64,000 nucleotides of DNA from Bacteroidales bacterium UBA4788 (GTDB taxonomy: Bacteria > Bacteroidota > Bacteroidia > Bacteroidales > VadinHA17). Under the pieces are notes generated by a model. The model did no database searches, was not told where the DNA came from, and saw nothing but the letters and a program-made list of their open reading frames with translations. Shown here piece after piece: positions 9,115-17,770 of the stretch (position 1 is its first letter; each line of letters starts with the position of its first letter). The DNA lies in NCBI GenBank assembly GCA_002402965.1, contig DHGW01000049.1:3692-67691 (forward strand). The letters run 5' to 3'. Made by a program: the position numbers and the translations under genes.

Positions 9115-9507
9115 ATGAAAACATTCGCTGTGGAAAGAGTATGTCTTGACTGCGGAGCCAGGCTCCTTGGACGGTCTGATAAGAAATTCTGTTCCGATCA
9201 GTGCCGCAACAACTACAATAACCGTATTAACCGTGATCAGAACAATTATGTTCGCAATGTGCACGCCCAGCTCAGGCGCAACAGGAAAATTCTGTCCGAT
9301 CTGCTTGATGACGGCCATCACCGTATCCACCGCGATGCCCTGATAGCCCAGGGATACAATTTCACATTCTTTACGCACCTTGTGGAAACAAGGGAAGGAA
9401 CAAGGTGGTCATACTGCTTTGAGTATGGCTTCCATGAGACTGAAGAGGGCTATCTTGAGCTCCGGTTGTGCAGCAGTTACCTCGAGATGCCCGTGGAGGA
9501 GGAGTGA
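9115..9507 (+). CDS. Hypothetical protein with an N-terminal Zn-ribbon (CxxC...FCSDQC)
   Basis: The motif CLDCG...KKFCSDQCRNNYN resembles small Zn-ribbon proteins. The start is ambiguous between the ATG at 9094 and the ATG at 9115. Confidence 0.5.
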   Translation: MKTFAVERVCLDCGARLLGRSDKKFCSDQCRNNYNNRINRDQNNYVRNVHAQLRRNRKILSDLLDDGHHRIHRDALIAQGYNFTFFTHLVETREGTRWSYCFEYGFHETEEGYLELRLCSSYLEMPVEEE

Positions 9508-9632
9508 ACCGGGAACGGATACCAGGGGAAAAGTTATACTGTGTCCGGGATATCCTGAACATCCGAATGATATTTGACAACTGTTAAGTGTTACAGGATT
9601 TTTGTAGTTTTGGGGCTCAAACGAAACGGATT

Positions 9633-10163
9633 ATGAAAAGAACTGTTCTATTGGCAGCCATACTATTGTTGGGATTCACTGCAGGATTACACGGGCAAAA
9701 GGTATACGAACATAATTACTTTGTGAAGGTTGGTGATACCGCACCTGATTTCACCATAAAAGAGGCGGGAGGGACAAGCTATAAGCTTTCAGACCTCCGT
9801 GGTAAGGTTGTTATGCTGCAGTTCACTGCCAGCTGGTGCAGCGTCTGCCGCAAAGAGATGCCCTTCATTGAGGAGGAGATATGGATTCCAGGGAAGAAGC
9901 AGGGACTGGCAGTCATCGGCATAGATCGTGATGAGCCAGAGGCAACGGTGAAGAAGTTTGCCGCAGACATGAAGATAACATATCCGCTGGCTCTCGATCC
10001 GGGAGCAGATATTTTCGGCCTGTTTGCAGAAAAGCAGGCAGGTGTGACCCGCAATATAATTATAGACCGGAATGGCAAAATAGTATTCCTGACCCGCCTT
10101 TTCGAGCGCGAAGAGTTCGATAAAATGAAGGAAATCATCTTCTCGGAACTCGCTAAAAAGTAA
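9633..10163 (+). CDS. TlpA-family thiol:disulfide oxidoreductase (thioredoxin fold), exported
   Basis: A signal peptide starts at MKRTVLL. It has a WCSVC active-site motif in a thioredoxin-like context. I chose the internal ATG at 9633. Confidence 0.8.
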   Translation: MKRTVLLAAILLLGFTAGLHGQKVYEHNYFVKVGDTAPDFTIKEAGGTSYKLSDLRGKVVMLQFTASWCSVCRKEMPFIEEEIWIPGKKQGLAVIGIDRDEPEATVKKFAADMKITYPLALDPGADIFGLFAEKQAGVTRNIIIDRNGKIVFLTRLFEREEFDKMKEIIFSELAKK

Positions 10164-10260
10164 AAAAAAGAGCCTCTTTATCTGTTTCTGTGCAACCTTT
10201 GGCCTGTTTATTGCGTTTATCAGGACAGCAACTACTGTTCTTAAACTAAAACTGAGAGAA

Positions 10261-10881
10261 ATGAAAAAGTTCATTGTCATTGTTCTTGCACTTGTTCTTG
10301 CCGCACCGCTCTTTTCACAGGTAAAATTCGGCCTGAAGGCCGGGGCAAGTACTGACTTCACCTTTACCAGCCTCAATCTGTCCCAGGCAAATGTTGATGT
10401 AATTCTTCAGAATGCCAAAACTGCAGAATGGGGATTCCAGGGAGGCGCTTTCCTGAGAGTATCATTTGCTGGATTCTACCTTCAGCCTGAGTTTTTGCTG
10501 GCTACTGCAACAAACTCCATGACCTATGAAGGTGTGATTGATGGACAGCCTGTAGATGAGCTGCTCGAACAAAAATTTACAAAACTTAATATCCCGGTTC
10601 TCCTTGGTTTTAAACTGGGACCATTGAGGGTTAATGCAGGCCCGGCTGCTTCGATTCTGCTTTCCGAACCGTCGGATATGGCTGATATTGCTACCTACAA
10701 AACAGCTGCATTCGGTTACCAGGCAGGCGTTGGATTGGATATCTTCAAGAAGCTCACCCTTGATCTTCGCTACGAAGGAAATCTCAACCAGTTTGGAGAC
10801 GGGATTACAATAGGAGGAGAAGAATTCGAGTTTGACGACAGGACAGGTGCCATCCTGATCCATGTGGGGCTGATATTCTGA
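10261..10881 (+). CDS. Small outer-membrane beta-barrel (porin-family) protein
   Basis: It has a signal peptide, an alternating beta-strand pattern, and a C-terminus ending ...HVGLIF with a terminal Phe. Confidence 0.65.
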   Translation: MKKFIVIVLALVLAAPLFSQVKFGLKAGASTDFTFTSLNLSQANVDVILQNAKTAEWGFQGGAFLRVSFAGFYLQPEFLLATATNSMTYEGVIDGQPVDELLEQKFTKLNIPVLLGFKLGPLRVNAGPAASILLSEPSDMADIATYKTAAFGYQAGVGLDIFKKLTLDLRYEGNLNQFGDGITIGGEEFEFDDRTGAILIHVGLIF

Positions 10882-10900
10882 AGACTGCAACATCCATAAG

Positions 10901-10933
10901 AACTCTTCCGCTGTTTCCGGAAGAGTTTTTTTT
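10901..10933 (+). terminator. Rho-independent terminator
   Basis: A 10-bp perfect stem (AACTCTTCCG / CGGAAGAGTT) with a 7-nt loop is followed by a T-run. It lies 20 nt after the stop of the beta-barrel gene. Confidence 0.8.
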
Positions 10934-10964
10934 ATATTTACGGTAGCAAGTTTAAGGAGTATAA

Positions 10965-12431
10965 ATGATTCTGGCTGGGAATACCATTTTCGTTCTGAGG
11001 AATGTCCTGACGGTTGTCTACCTGATTTCGGTCTTTGTTATCTGTCTGATGATAGTTTTTGAGAACAGGAATCCGGTAAAGACCCTCTCATGGCTTCTGG
11101 TGGTCCTGTTTGTTCCCGTCATAGGTGTGATAGTTTATTTCTTTTTCGGCCGCAACTACCGCAAGCAGAAGATTTACAGCCGCAAAAGCATGGCTGACAG
11201 TGCCAGGCTGGCTGACCATGCCGATCGCCAGGTCAAGCTCCTCTCATCATTTCTTGCCGGTGAGAGCGAGGCCGTGAGGTCAAAGGCTCACCTTATTCAC
11301 TTGATGCTCAGGAATAACAGGTCGCTTTTAACCATTGACAACAGAATAGACCTCCTGGTCAACGGCCAGCAGACCTTCCCCGCCATGCTCGATGCCATTG
11401 CCTCGGCTACCCATTTCATTCACCTGGAGTTTTACCGCTTTGAGCCTGACAAACTGGGAATGGAGTTCAGTGACCTGATGAAGCGCAAGGCGAAGGAAGG
11501 AGTAAAAGTGAGGGTCATTTATGACGACGTGGGAAGCTGGAACATCCGAAAGCCTTATATCAAAATGATGCGCGAGGCCGGAGTGCAGATACACACCTTC
11601 CATCCTGTCCGTTTCCCGAGTTTCTCCAGCAAGATCAACTACCGTAACCACAGGAAGATACTTGTGGTTGACGGAAAGGTGGGCTTTGTAGGGGGACTTA
11701 ATATCGCAGACAAATACCTGCGCGGCCTGCCTGATCTTGGACCCTGGGTTGATACCCACCTGAGGCTGGAAGGAGAAGCCGTGGCCGCCCTTGACAGGGT
11801 ATTTATTGCGGACTGGGATTTTGTTACCGGTGAGGAGCTGCCGCCTGACGGCTCACTTGAGTATGTGGTGCGCACCGGCAACAAATGCCTCGTACAGGTA
11901 GCATCCAGCGGTCCGGATACAGACTGGGCAACAATTATGCAGGTCTACTTCTCTGCCATCTCCACAGCGAAATCGTCAATCTACCTCACTTCTCCATACT
12001 TCAGTCCCGACGAGAGCCTGCTGACGGCACTCAAAACAGCTGCCCTGAGCGGGGTTGATATCAGAATGATCTTTCCGGAGTATACCGATTCGATCATCGC
12101 AAACTGGAATACCAGGTCATACATCTCCGAGCTGCTCGAAGCCGGAGTCAGGGTATTTCTATACCGGGCCGGATTCATTCACTCCAAATATCTGCTTGTT
12201 GACAACATTTTCTCCTCGGTAGGATCACCCAATGTCGATGTCCGAAGTTTCGACCTCGATTTTGAAGTGACGGCTTTAATCTATGATGAAGATTTCGCAC
12301 TCAGACTTGGAGTGCTCTTCGCCGAAGACCTGAAGAAATGTTCCGAAGTGAAGAGGGAGGAGTGGATGAAAAGGCCGAAGCGGGTCCGGTACAAGGAGTC
12401 GATTGCGCGGATATTCGGCCCGCTTTATTAA
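10965..12431 (+). CDS. cls: Cardiolipin synthase (PLD superfamily)
   Basis: It has two N-terminal TM helices and two HKD motifs (HRKILVVDG and HSKYLLVDN). Confidence 0.9.
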   Translation: MILAGNTIFVLRNVLTVVYLISVFVICLMIVFENRNPVKTLSWLLVVLFVPVIGVIVYFFFGRNYRKQKIYSRKSMADSARLADHADRQVKLLSSFLAGESEAVRSKAHLIHLMLRNNRSLLTIDNRIDLLVNGQQTFPAMLDAIASATHFIHLEFYRFEPDKLGMEFSDLMKRKAKEGVKVRVIYDDVGSWNIRKPYIKMMREAGVQIHTFHPVRFPSFSSKINYRNHRKILVVDGKVGFVGGLNIADKYLRGLPDLGPWVDTHLRLEGEAVAALDRVFIADWDFVTGEELPPDGSLEYVVRTGNKCLVQVASSGPDTDWATIMQVYFSAISTAKSSIYLTSPYFSPDESLLTALKTAALSGVDIRMIFPEYTDSIIANWNTRSYISELLEAGVRVFLYRAGFIHSKYLLVDNIFSSVGSPNVDVRSFDLDFEVTALIYDEDFALRLGVLFAEDLKKCSEVKREEWMKRPKRVRYKESIARIFGPLY

Positions 12432-12442
12432 ATTCGCAGCCG

Positions 12443-13468
12443 ATGAAAAAACTGATACTGACACTTTTTTATATAATTCTTATCGCAGGAATCGCATTTA
12501 CAGTTTTTCTCTGGGCGATAGTTCTTAGGCAGAATGTGAAGGCTGAAGAGCCGGTGAGGATCTATGTTCCTTCCGGATCTGACTTCACGGCACTGACTGA
12601 CACACTGGAGAGCGCCGGAGTTCTTCGCAGCCGGAGCAGCTTTGTGCTGACCTCCCGACTGAAATCCTTCGGACGCAGTGTCAAACCCGGTTCTTACATT
12701 ATTGAGCCTGGCATGAGCAATAACAACATAGTCAATGTATTGCGTTCCGGACGGCAAGCACCCGTCAATGTCACCTTCAACAACATAAGAACCCTTGAGG
12801 AACTGGCCGGCAAGATTGGCCGGCAACTGGAAACTGACTCCGTTTCTATTTCCGCATTCTTCTCTGACGAGACCAACTATGCAGATGACGGATTCACGCG
12901 GAATACGCTCATTTCGGTCTTTATCCCTGACACATATCAGCTGTACTGGTCTGTTGACGCCCGGGGCTTCTACAGGCGTATGCTAAAGGAATACCGCGAC
13001 TTCTGGACTGAGGAGCGGAAGGTGCTGGCGGAGGAGCACGGGCTAACCCCGGCGGAAGTTTCCGTTCTCGCGTCTATTGTTGACGAGGAGGCATCGAGGG
13101 AGGATGAAAAACCGCGCATTGCAGGAGTTTACATCAACAGGCTCCGTCAGGGAATGCCATTGCAGGCAGACCCGACCGTGAAGTTCGCAGTCAATAATTT
13201 TTCCCTGCGGCGTATCCTTAACAAGCATCTTGAAGTGGATTCGCCTTACAATACCTACAAATATCCGGGCCTGCCACCGGGTCCCATCCGATGCCCCTCG
13301 CGCTCCGGTCTTGAGTCTGTACTTAAGGCGGAAAGCCATGAATATCTCTTTTTTGTTGCCAGATATGACGGCTCAGGGTATCATCATTTCTCACGCACCC
13401 TGGCGGAGCACAACAGATATGCCGCTGCCTACCGGCGGGAGCTTAACAGGAGAAGAATATACCAGTAA
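12443..13468 (+). CDS. mltG: Endolytic murein transglycosylase MltG (YceG family)
   Basis: It has an N-terminal TM anchor and the YceG core (ASIVDEEA...RIAGVYINRL...PLQADPTV...YNTY). I chose the ATG at 12443 over the track ORF start at 12338, which overlaps cls. Confidence 0.85.
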   Translation: MKKLILTLFYIILIAGIAFTVFLWAIVLRQNVKAEEPVRIYVPSGSDFTALTDTLESAGVLRSRSSFVLTSRLKSFGRSVKPGSYIIEPGMSNNNIVNVLRSGRQAPVNVTFNNIRTLEELAGKIGRQLETDSVSISAFFSDETNYADDGFTRNTLISVFIPDTYQLYWSVDARGFYRRMLKEYRDFWTEERKVLAEEHGLTPAEVSVLASIVDEEASREDEKPRIAGVYINRLRQGMPLQADPTVKFAVNNFSLRRILNKHLEVDSPYNTYKYPGLPPGPIRCPSRSGLESVLKAESHEYLFFVARYDGSGYHHFSRTLAEHNRYAAAYRRELNRRRIYQ

Positions 13469-13480
13469 GGCCAGGTACGC

Positions 13481-14629
13481 TTAGTTCTCAGGCGTGTAGC
13501 TATTCAGAGATTCGATAATTCTTCTGGCATTGATGGCATTGTCGGCCACTTCTGAAAGAAGGTGGCTGCGCTGTTTTATTTGCTCATCCGTAAACTTTTG
13601 CTTCATGAGCCTGTCAGTGATGGTGAGCCAGTCCTCCGGCTCAAGGGCGATGTTACAGAGACTCCCGAGGTTCGTTCCGGCGACAACTGCCGGTGATGCA
13701 ACTACGTGACGGCCATTGCATAGCGCATTGATCAGTTTTAGCTTCATCCCGGTGGGCTGTGATGCATTGAGCAGGCATACCTGTGCGTTGGCTATCAGCT
13801 CATTCATCTGGTTCATTGAGGGATTGGAAACCATCTTAACATGCCTGAGTGATGCGGCGACGCCTGACAACTCTGCTGAGGGTCTTTTGCCGGCAATGAC
13901 TGTTCTGTGCTTCCATTTTGGTGCCACCTCCTTCAGGATATAAAGGGCTGCGGCGTTATTCTCTGCTGTGGAGAAGTCGCCGTGCATCAGCACATAATCA
14001 CCAATACCTTCAATTGCACAGCACCCGTCACCCGGATGGAAAGGTCCGATAAAGACCGCATTGCCGTACCTTGAGCTGAAGTATTCCGTGTCTCCGGGAG
14101 AGATGGAAAGCAGGTAAGAGGCATCGGCAAGCCTGGGCTCATAACGCTCCAGTTTTCTGGCCTCTGAATTGTAATAGTATTTTCTGAAGGGGTTCTTTTC
14201 GGTCGAAGCCAGATTACGGTAGTAGACATGCTCGATATTGTGCGTCCTGACCATGGTTATCCTTCCTGCCAGGGCTGGATCATCAAGATAATGCGTAGTG
14301 TGCAGCCCCTCGAAAATGATTGGGTTATTATCGGTGCTCAGGTTTTTCAGAAGCAGGTTGTTCTTCCTGGAGAGGACGATGAATGGCTCCCTGCGGAAAA
14401 GATGAAAGAGGTTTAGCTCACGCCTGTAATAATGCACCCTGAGACATTCTCGCTCCAAAGTACGCGAACGGCTCCGGCCATAACTGAAGCAGTGAAGGAT
14501 CACACCGACACCCTGCTTCTTCAGTGCGGAGATCTTATAGAATACATCAATTATGCCGCCATAATCAGGCGGGTATGGAATATTGAAACTTACGAGGTGT
14601 ACTATCCTGTTGCCGGGGGTTTTGTCCAT
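13481..14629 (-). CDS. Glycosyltransferase (GT-B fold, family 1/4-like)
   Basis: The N-terminal motif is IVHLVSFNIPYPPDYGGIIDV. I chose the internal ATG at 14629; the longer alternative starts at 14707. Confidence 0.65.
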   Translation of the reverse strand: MDKTPGNRIVHLVSFNIPYPPDYGGIIDVFYKISALKKQGVGVILHCFSYGRSRSRTLERECLRVHYYRRELNLFHLFRREPFIVLSRKNNLLLKNLSTDNNPIIFEGLHTTHYLDDPALAGRITMVRTHNIEHVYYRNLASTEKNPFRKYYYNSEARKLERYEPRLADASYLLSISPGDTEYFSSRYGNAVFIGPFHPGDGCCAIEGIGDYVLMHGDFSTAENNAAALYILKEVAPKWKHRTVIAGKRPSAELSGVAASLRHVKMVSNPSMNQMNELIANAQVCLLNASQPTGMKLKLINALCNGRHVVASPAVVAGTNLGSLCNIALEPEDWLTITDRLMKQKFTDEQIKQRSHLLSEVADNAINARRIIESLNSYTPEN

Positions 14630-14733
14630 GAAGAGTAAAAACAATGTACAAACATAGCTAAAAAAAATTCTTTTGTATCTTTCATCCGTCCTGATAACCT
14701 GAAACATTCAGGAAGTATTCCAGCAAACAGACA

Positions 14734-15867
14734 ATGAAAGCAGTAATTGCCGTGATTAGCGACCTGTCGACCGACATGAGGGTCATGAAACTGGCACTGC
14801 TGATGGCTGAAGAAGGGATTGAGGTTACTGTTCTAGGACGGTCTTCCGTCACTTCCGTTCAGCCGCCTGGTATGCCCGGAGTGAAGGCAATCAGGATCAG
14901 GGTGCCCTTTAGAAAAGGTCCTGCGATGTATCTCCTGTTTAACCTCTTTCTTTTCTTCAGGCTTATCATCAGACGGTTCGATATCTGTGTGGCATCAGAC
15001 CTTGATACGCTGGTGCCCTGTTATTTAGTCTCCGGAATGTGCAGAAAAACCCTGGTTTATGACTCTCACGAATATTTCACCGGGCAGTACGGGCTTGAGA
15101 AGAGACGCTGCAAGCACTTTCTCTGGAAAAGTGCGGAACGGATGACGGTACCGCGGGTAAGGTACATGATAACGGTAAGCAACTCCATTGCGGAGCTTTA
15201 CAGGCACGAATACGGGGTTGAACCTGTGGTGGTCAGGAACGTCTCCCCGGATGTCAGTCACCTGCTGCCACATGACAGGAGTGAACTGGGTGTTGCTGAG
15301 CGGGAGTTGCTCGTTGTTTTCCAGGGCTCGGGGATTAATCCAGGAAGAGGAGCGGAAGAACTTCTGGCAGCAATCCCCCTGACTGAAAGGGTAAGGCTGA
15401 TGGTAATAGGTTCGGGAGATATCATTGAAAGCATTCGTGTTGCAGCTGCAGAGAGTGAGGCGTCAGAACGGATCATCTTCATCCCGAGGATGCCCTGGGA
15501 GGAGATGATGCGTTATACGATGTGCTGCGATGCAGGCCTCTCGCTTGACACAGACACATGCATCAACCAGCGTTTCAGTCTTCCCAACAAACTCTTTGAT
15601 TATATTGCAGCCGGAATCCCGGCAGTCGTATCACCACTGCCGGAAGTGACAGCGCTCGTTGACAGATACGGCTGCGGAATTGTGCTTGAGGAAGTGTCGC
15701 CGAAGGCTATAGCACAGCAGTTGCAAAGACTTGCTGACGACCGCCTGCTGCTACTGTCACTTAAGCAGCGGGCTGTGGCTGCCCGGAGGGAACTGAACTG
15801 GCAAAATGAGAAGGTAAGGGAACAAGAGCTGATCAGGAGTGTTATCAAGTCAAACCGAAATAAATGA
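14734..15867 (+). CDS. Glycosyltransferase family 4 (GT-B)
   Basis: The length and C-terminal Glycos_transf_1-like region (FIPRMPWEEM...SLPNKLFDYIAAGIPAV) fit this family. It is divergent from the neighbouring glycosyltransferase gene. Confidence 0.7.
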   Translation: MKAVIAVISDLSTDMRVMKLALLMAEEGIEVTVLGRSSVTSVQPPGMPGVKAIRIRVPFRKGPAMYLLFNLFLFFRLIIRRFDICVASDLDTLVPCYLVSGMCRKTLVYDSHEYFTGQYGLEKRRCKHFLWKSAERMTVPRVRYMITVSNSIAELYRHEYGVEPVVVRNVSPDVSHLLPHDRSELGVAERELLVVFQGSGINPGRGAEELLAAIPLTERVRLMVIGSGDIIESIRVAAAESEASERIIFIPRMPWEEMMRYTMCCDAGLSLDTDTCINQRFSLPNKLFDYIAAGIPAVVSPLPEVTALVDRYGCGIVLEEVSPKAIAQQLQRLADDRLLLLSLKQRAVAARRELNWQNEKVREQELIRSVIKSNRNK

Positions 15868-16097
15868 ACAAAGCATTTTTAAAGAAGTATTTGCCTGAAA
15901 TTATCGGAACGCTGCTGGGTGCAGTGGGAGGGTACATCTACTGGAAATTTGTTGGTTGCGTCTCGGGTACATGCACTATAAAGTCGAACTGGTACCTGAT
16001 GGTGCCATGGGCAGCTGTGCTCGGTTTTCTTGCAGGCTCGGTGGCAGGGGATATAATAAGGAAGAGGAAGAAGCCTGCCGGGTCCGGCGAAAACTGA
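15864..16097 (+). CDS. Small two-TM membrane protein
   Basis: The 77-aa protein has two hydrophobic helices and a basic tail. An ATGA overlap with the upstream glycosyltransferase gene suggests translational coupling. Confidence 0.5.
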   Translation: MNKAFLKKYLPEIIGTLLGAVGGYIYWKFVGCVSGTCTIKSNWYLMVPWAAVLGFLAGSVAGDIIRKRKKPAGSGEN

Positions 16098-16223
16098 TTC
16101 CTGCCTTTTACAGGCCTGGGACTATGCTTTTACAACACAAATAGTGTTGACGGTTACCGGTAAAAAGGAACCGGGGAAGTTTGTATATTGCATACATAAT
16201 ACCATATAAACTAACCCGTACCC

Positions 16224-17687
16224 ATGAAAACCAATCGCAGGAATTTCCTTCGTACTGCAGCAGTAGCCGGGGCCGGCACTATTACTGCAGCCTCTGTGGC
16301 CTCATGCTCCCGCCGTGATAAGCCGACTGAAGCCATGCCTTTTGTCAGTGAGGCAGTCAGGGCCAGACATACCCAGAGTTTCAACATGTCAGGTTACGCA
16401 GCACCGCCACTGGAGAAAGTGCGCACAGCTTTTATCGGACTCGGTATGAGGGGTCCTGGTGCCGTGGAGCGTATGGCCCACATCGAGGGTGTGGAGATAG
16501 GCGCACTGTGCGACAAGTATCCCGACAGGGTGGAAAAGGTTCAGGCGATTCTTGCCAAGTTCGGTCTCCCGCGGGCAAAGAGTTTCAGTGGAAGTGAGGA
16601 GGCATGGAAGGGAGTCTGCGATGACCCTGACATTGACCTGGTGTACATCTGCACACCGTGGGAGTGGCATACACCCATGGCGGTCTATGCCATGGAGGCT
16701 GGCAAGCATGTGGCGGTGGAAGTGCCGGCAGCAAAGACGGTTGATGAATGCTGGCAGCTGGTGGAGGTGTCAGAACGCACGAAGCGGCACTGCATGCAGT
16801 TGGAGAACTGTTGTTATGATTTCTTCGAACTGCTGACCCTGAATATGGCCCGGCAGGGGCTCTTCGGTGACATCGTCCACGGAGAAGGGGCATATATTCA
16901 TGACCTGCGCTGGGACTTCACCTATGACAAGAACGGCTATGCCGATATGTGGAGACTGAAAGAGAATGTGCGCAACGGGAATCTCTATCCGACCCACGGT
17001 CTGGGACCGGTATGCCAGGTAATGAATATCAACAGGGGCGACAGGATGGAATACCTTACATCGCTCTCCACAAACGACTTCGCCATGGGTCCGGATCTTG
17101 AGCAGTTAGCCAGGGAGGACCCGTTTTATACTCCTTTTGCAGGAAAGACATACCGTGGAAACATGAACACTACGCTCATCAAGACAAATCTCGGCAGGAG
17201 TATCATGATTCAGCATGACGTCTCCAGTCCGAGACCCTATTCGAGGATTCATCTGATAAGCGGCACCAAGGGATGCGCCAGGAAGTGGCCCTCGCCTGCC
17301 AGGATAGCCCTTGGCCACTCATGGCTGCCGGCAGAGAAAATGGCAGAGATTGAGGCACTGCACACACCGGAGATCGTAAAGAGGGTGGGAGAGATGGCAA
17401 AGGCTATCGGTGGTCATGGCGGTATGGATTTCATAATGGACTGGAGGCTGACCGATTGCCTGCGGAACGGCCTTCCGCTCGACCAGGATGTCTATGATGC
17501 CGCCCTCTGGAGCGTTATAACCCCGCTCAGCGAATGGTCCGTCGCCAACAGGTCAGCTTCGATCGATGTGCCCGACTTTACCTGCGGAGCATGGAAGGCT
17601 AATGCCCCCTTCGATCCGAATCTCCCGGCAGGAGGAAACACAAGGGTTCTTAAGCCGCAGGGAAGTGAATCCCAGCTTGAGGTTTAA
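16224..17687 (+). CDS. TAT-exported Gfo/Idh/MocA-family NAD-dependent oxidoreductase, GH109-like
   Basis: It has a twin-arginine signal (NRRNFLRTAAVAGAG), a Rossmann GxGxxG-like motif (GLGMRG), and a size and architecture typical of glycoside hydrolase family 109-like proteins. Confidence 0.7.
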   Translation: MKTNRRNFLRTAAVAGAGTITAASVASCSRRDKPTEAMPFVSEAVRARHTQSFNMSGYAAPPLEKVRTAFIGLGMRGPGAVERMAHIEGVEIGALCDKYPDRVEKVQAILAKFGLPRAKSFSGSEEAWKGVCDDPDIDLVYICTPWEWHTPMAVYAMEAGKHVAVEVPAAKTVDECWQLVEVSERTKRHCMQLENCCYDFFELLTLNMARQGLFGDIVHGEGAYIHDLRWDFTYDKNGYADMWRLKENVRNGNLYPTHGLGPVCQVMNINRGDRMEYLTSLSTNDFAMGPDLEQLAREDPFYTPFAGKTYRGNMNTTLIKTNLGRSIMIQHDVSSPRPYSRIHLISGTKGCARKWPSPARIALGHSWLPAEKMAEIEALHTPEIVKRVGEMAKAIGGHGGMDFIMDWRLTDCLRNGLPLDQDVYDAALWSVITPLSEWSVANRSASIDVPDFTCGAWKANAPFDPNLPAGGNTRVLKPQGSESQLEV

Positions 17688-17733
17688 ATCCACCTTTGCG
17701 GCAGATAAACTGATTTAAAGAATATTCAGGTAA

Positions 17734-17750
17734 TATATTTTTTACATTTG
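17734..17750 (+). promoter_or_regulatory. Candidate Bacteroidota sigma-A -7 box (TAcaTTTG) for the hyf-like operon
   Basis: The sequence is TATATTTTTTACATTTG. The TAnnTTTG match at 17743-17750 ends 20 nt before the ATG at 17771. I saw no clear -33 TTTG at the consensus spacing. Confidence 0.35.
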
Positions 17751-17770
17751 CGGGCAAATTCCCGCTTCAG

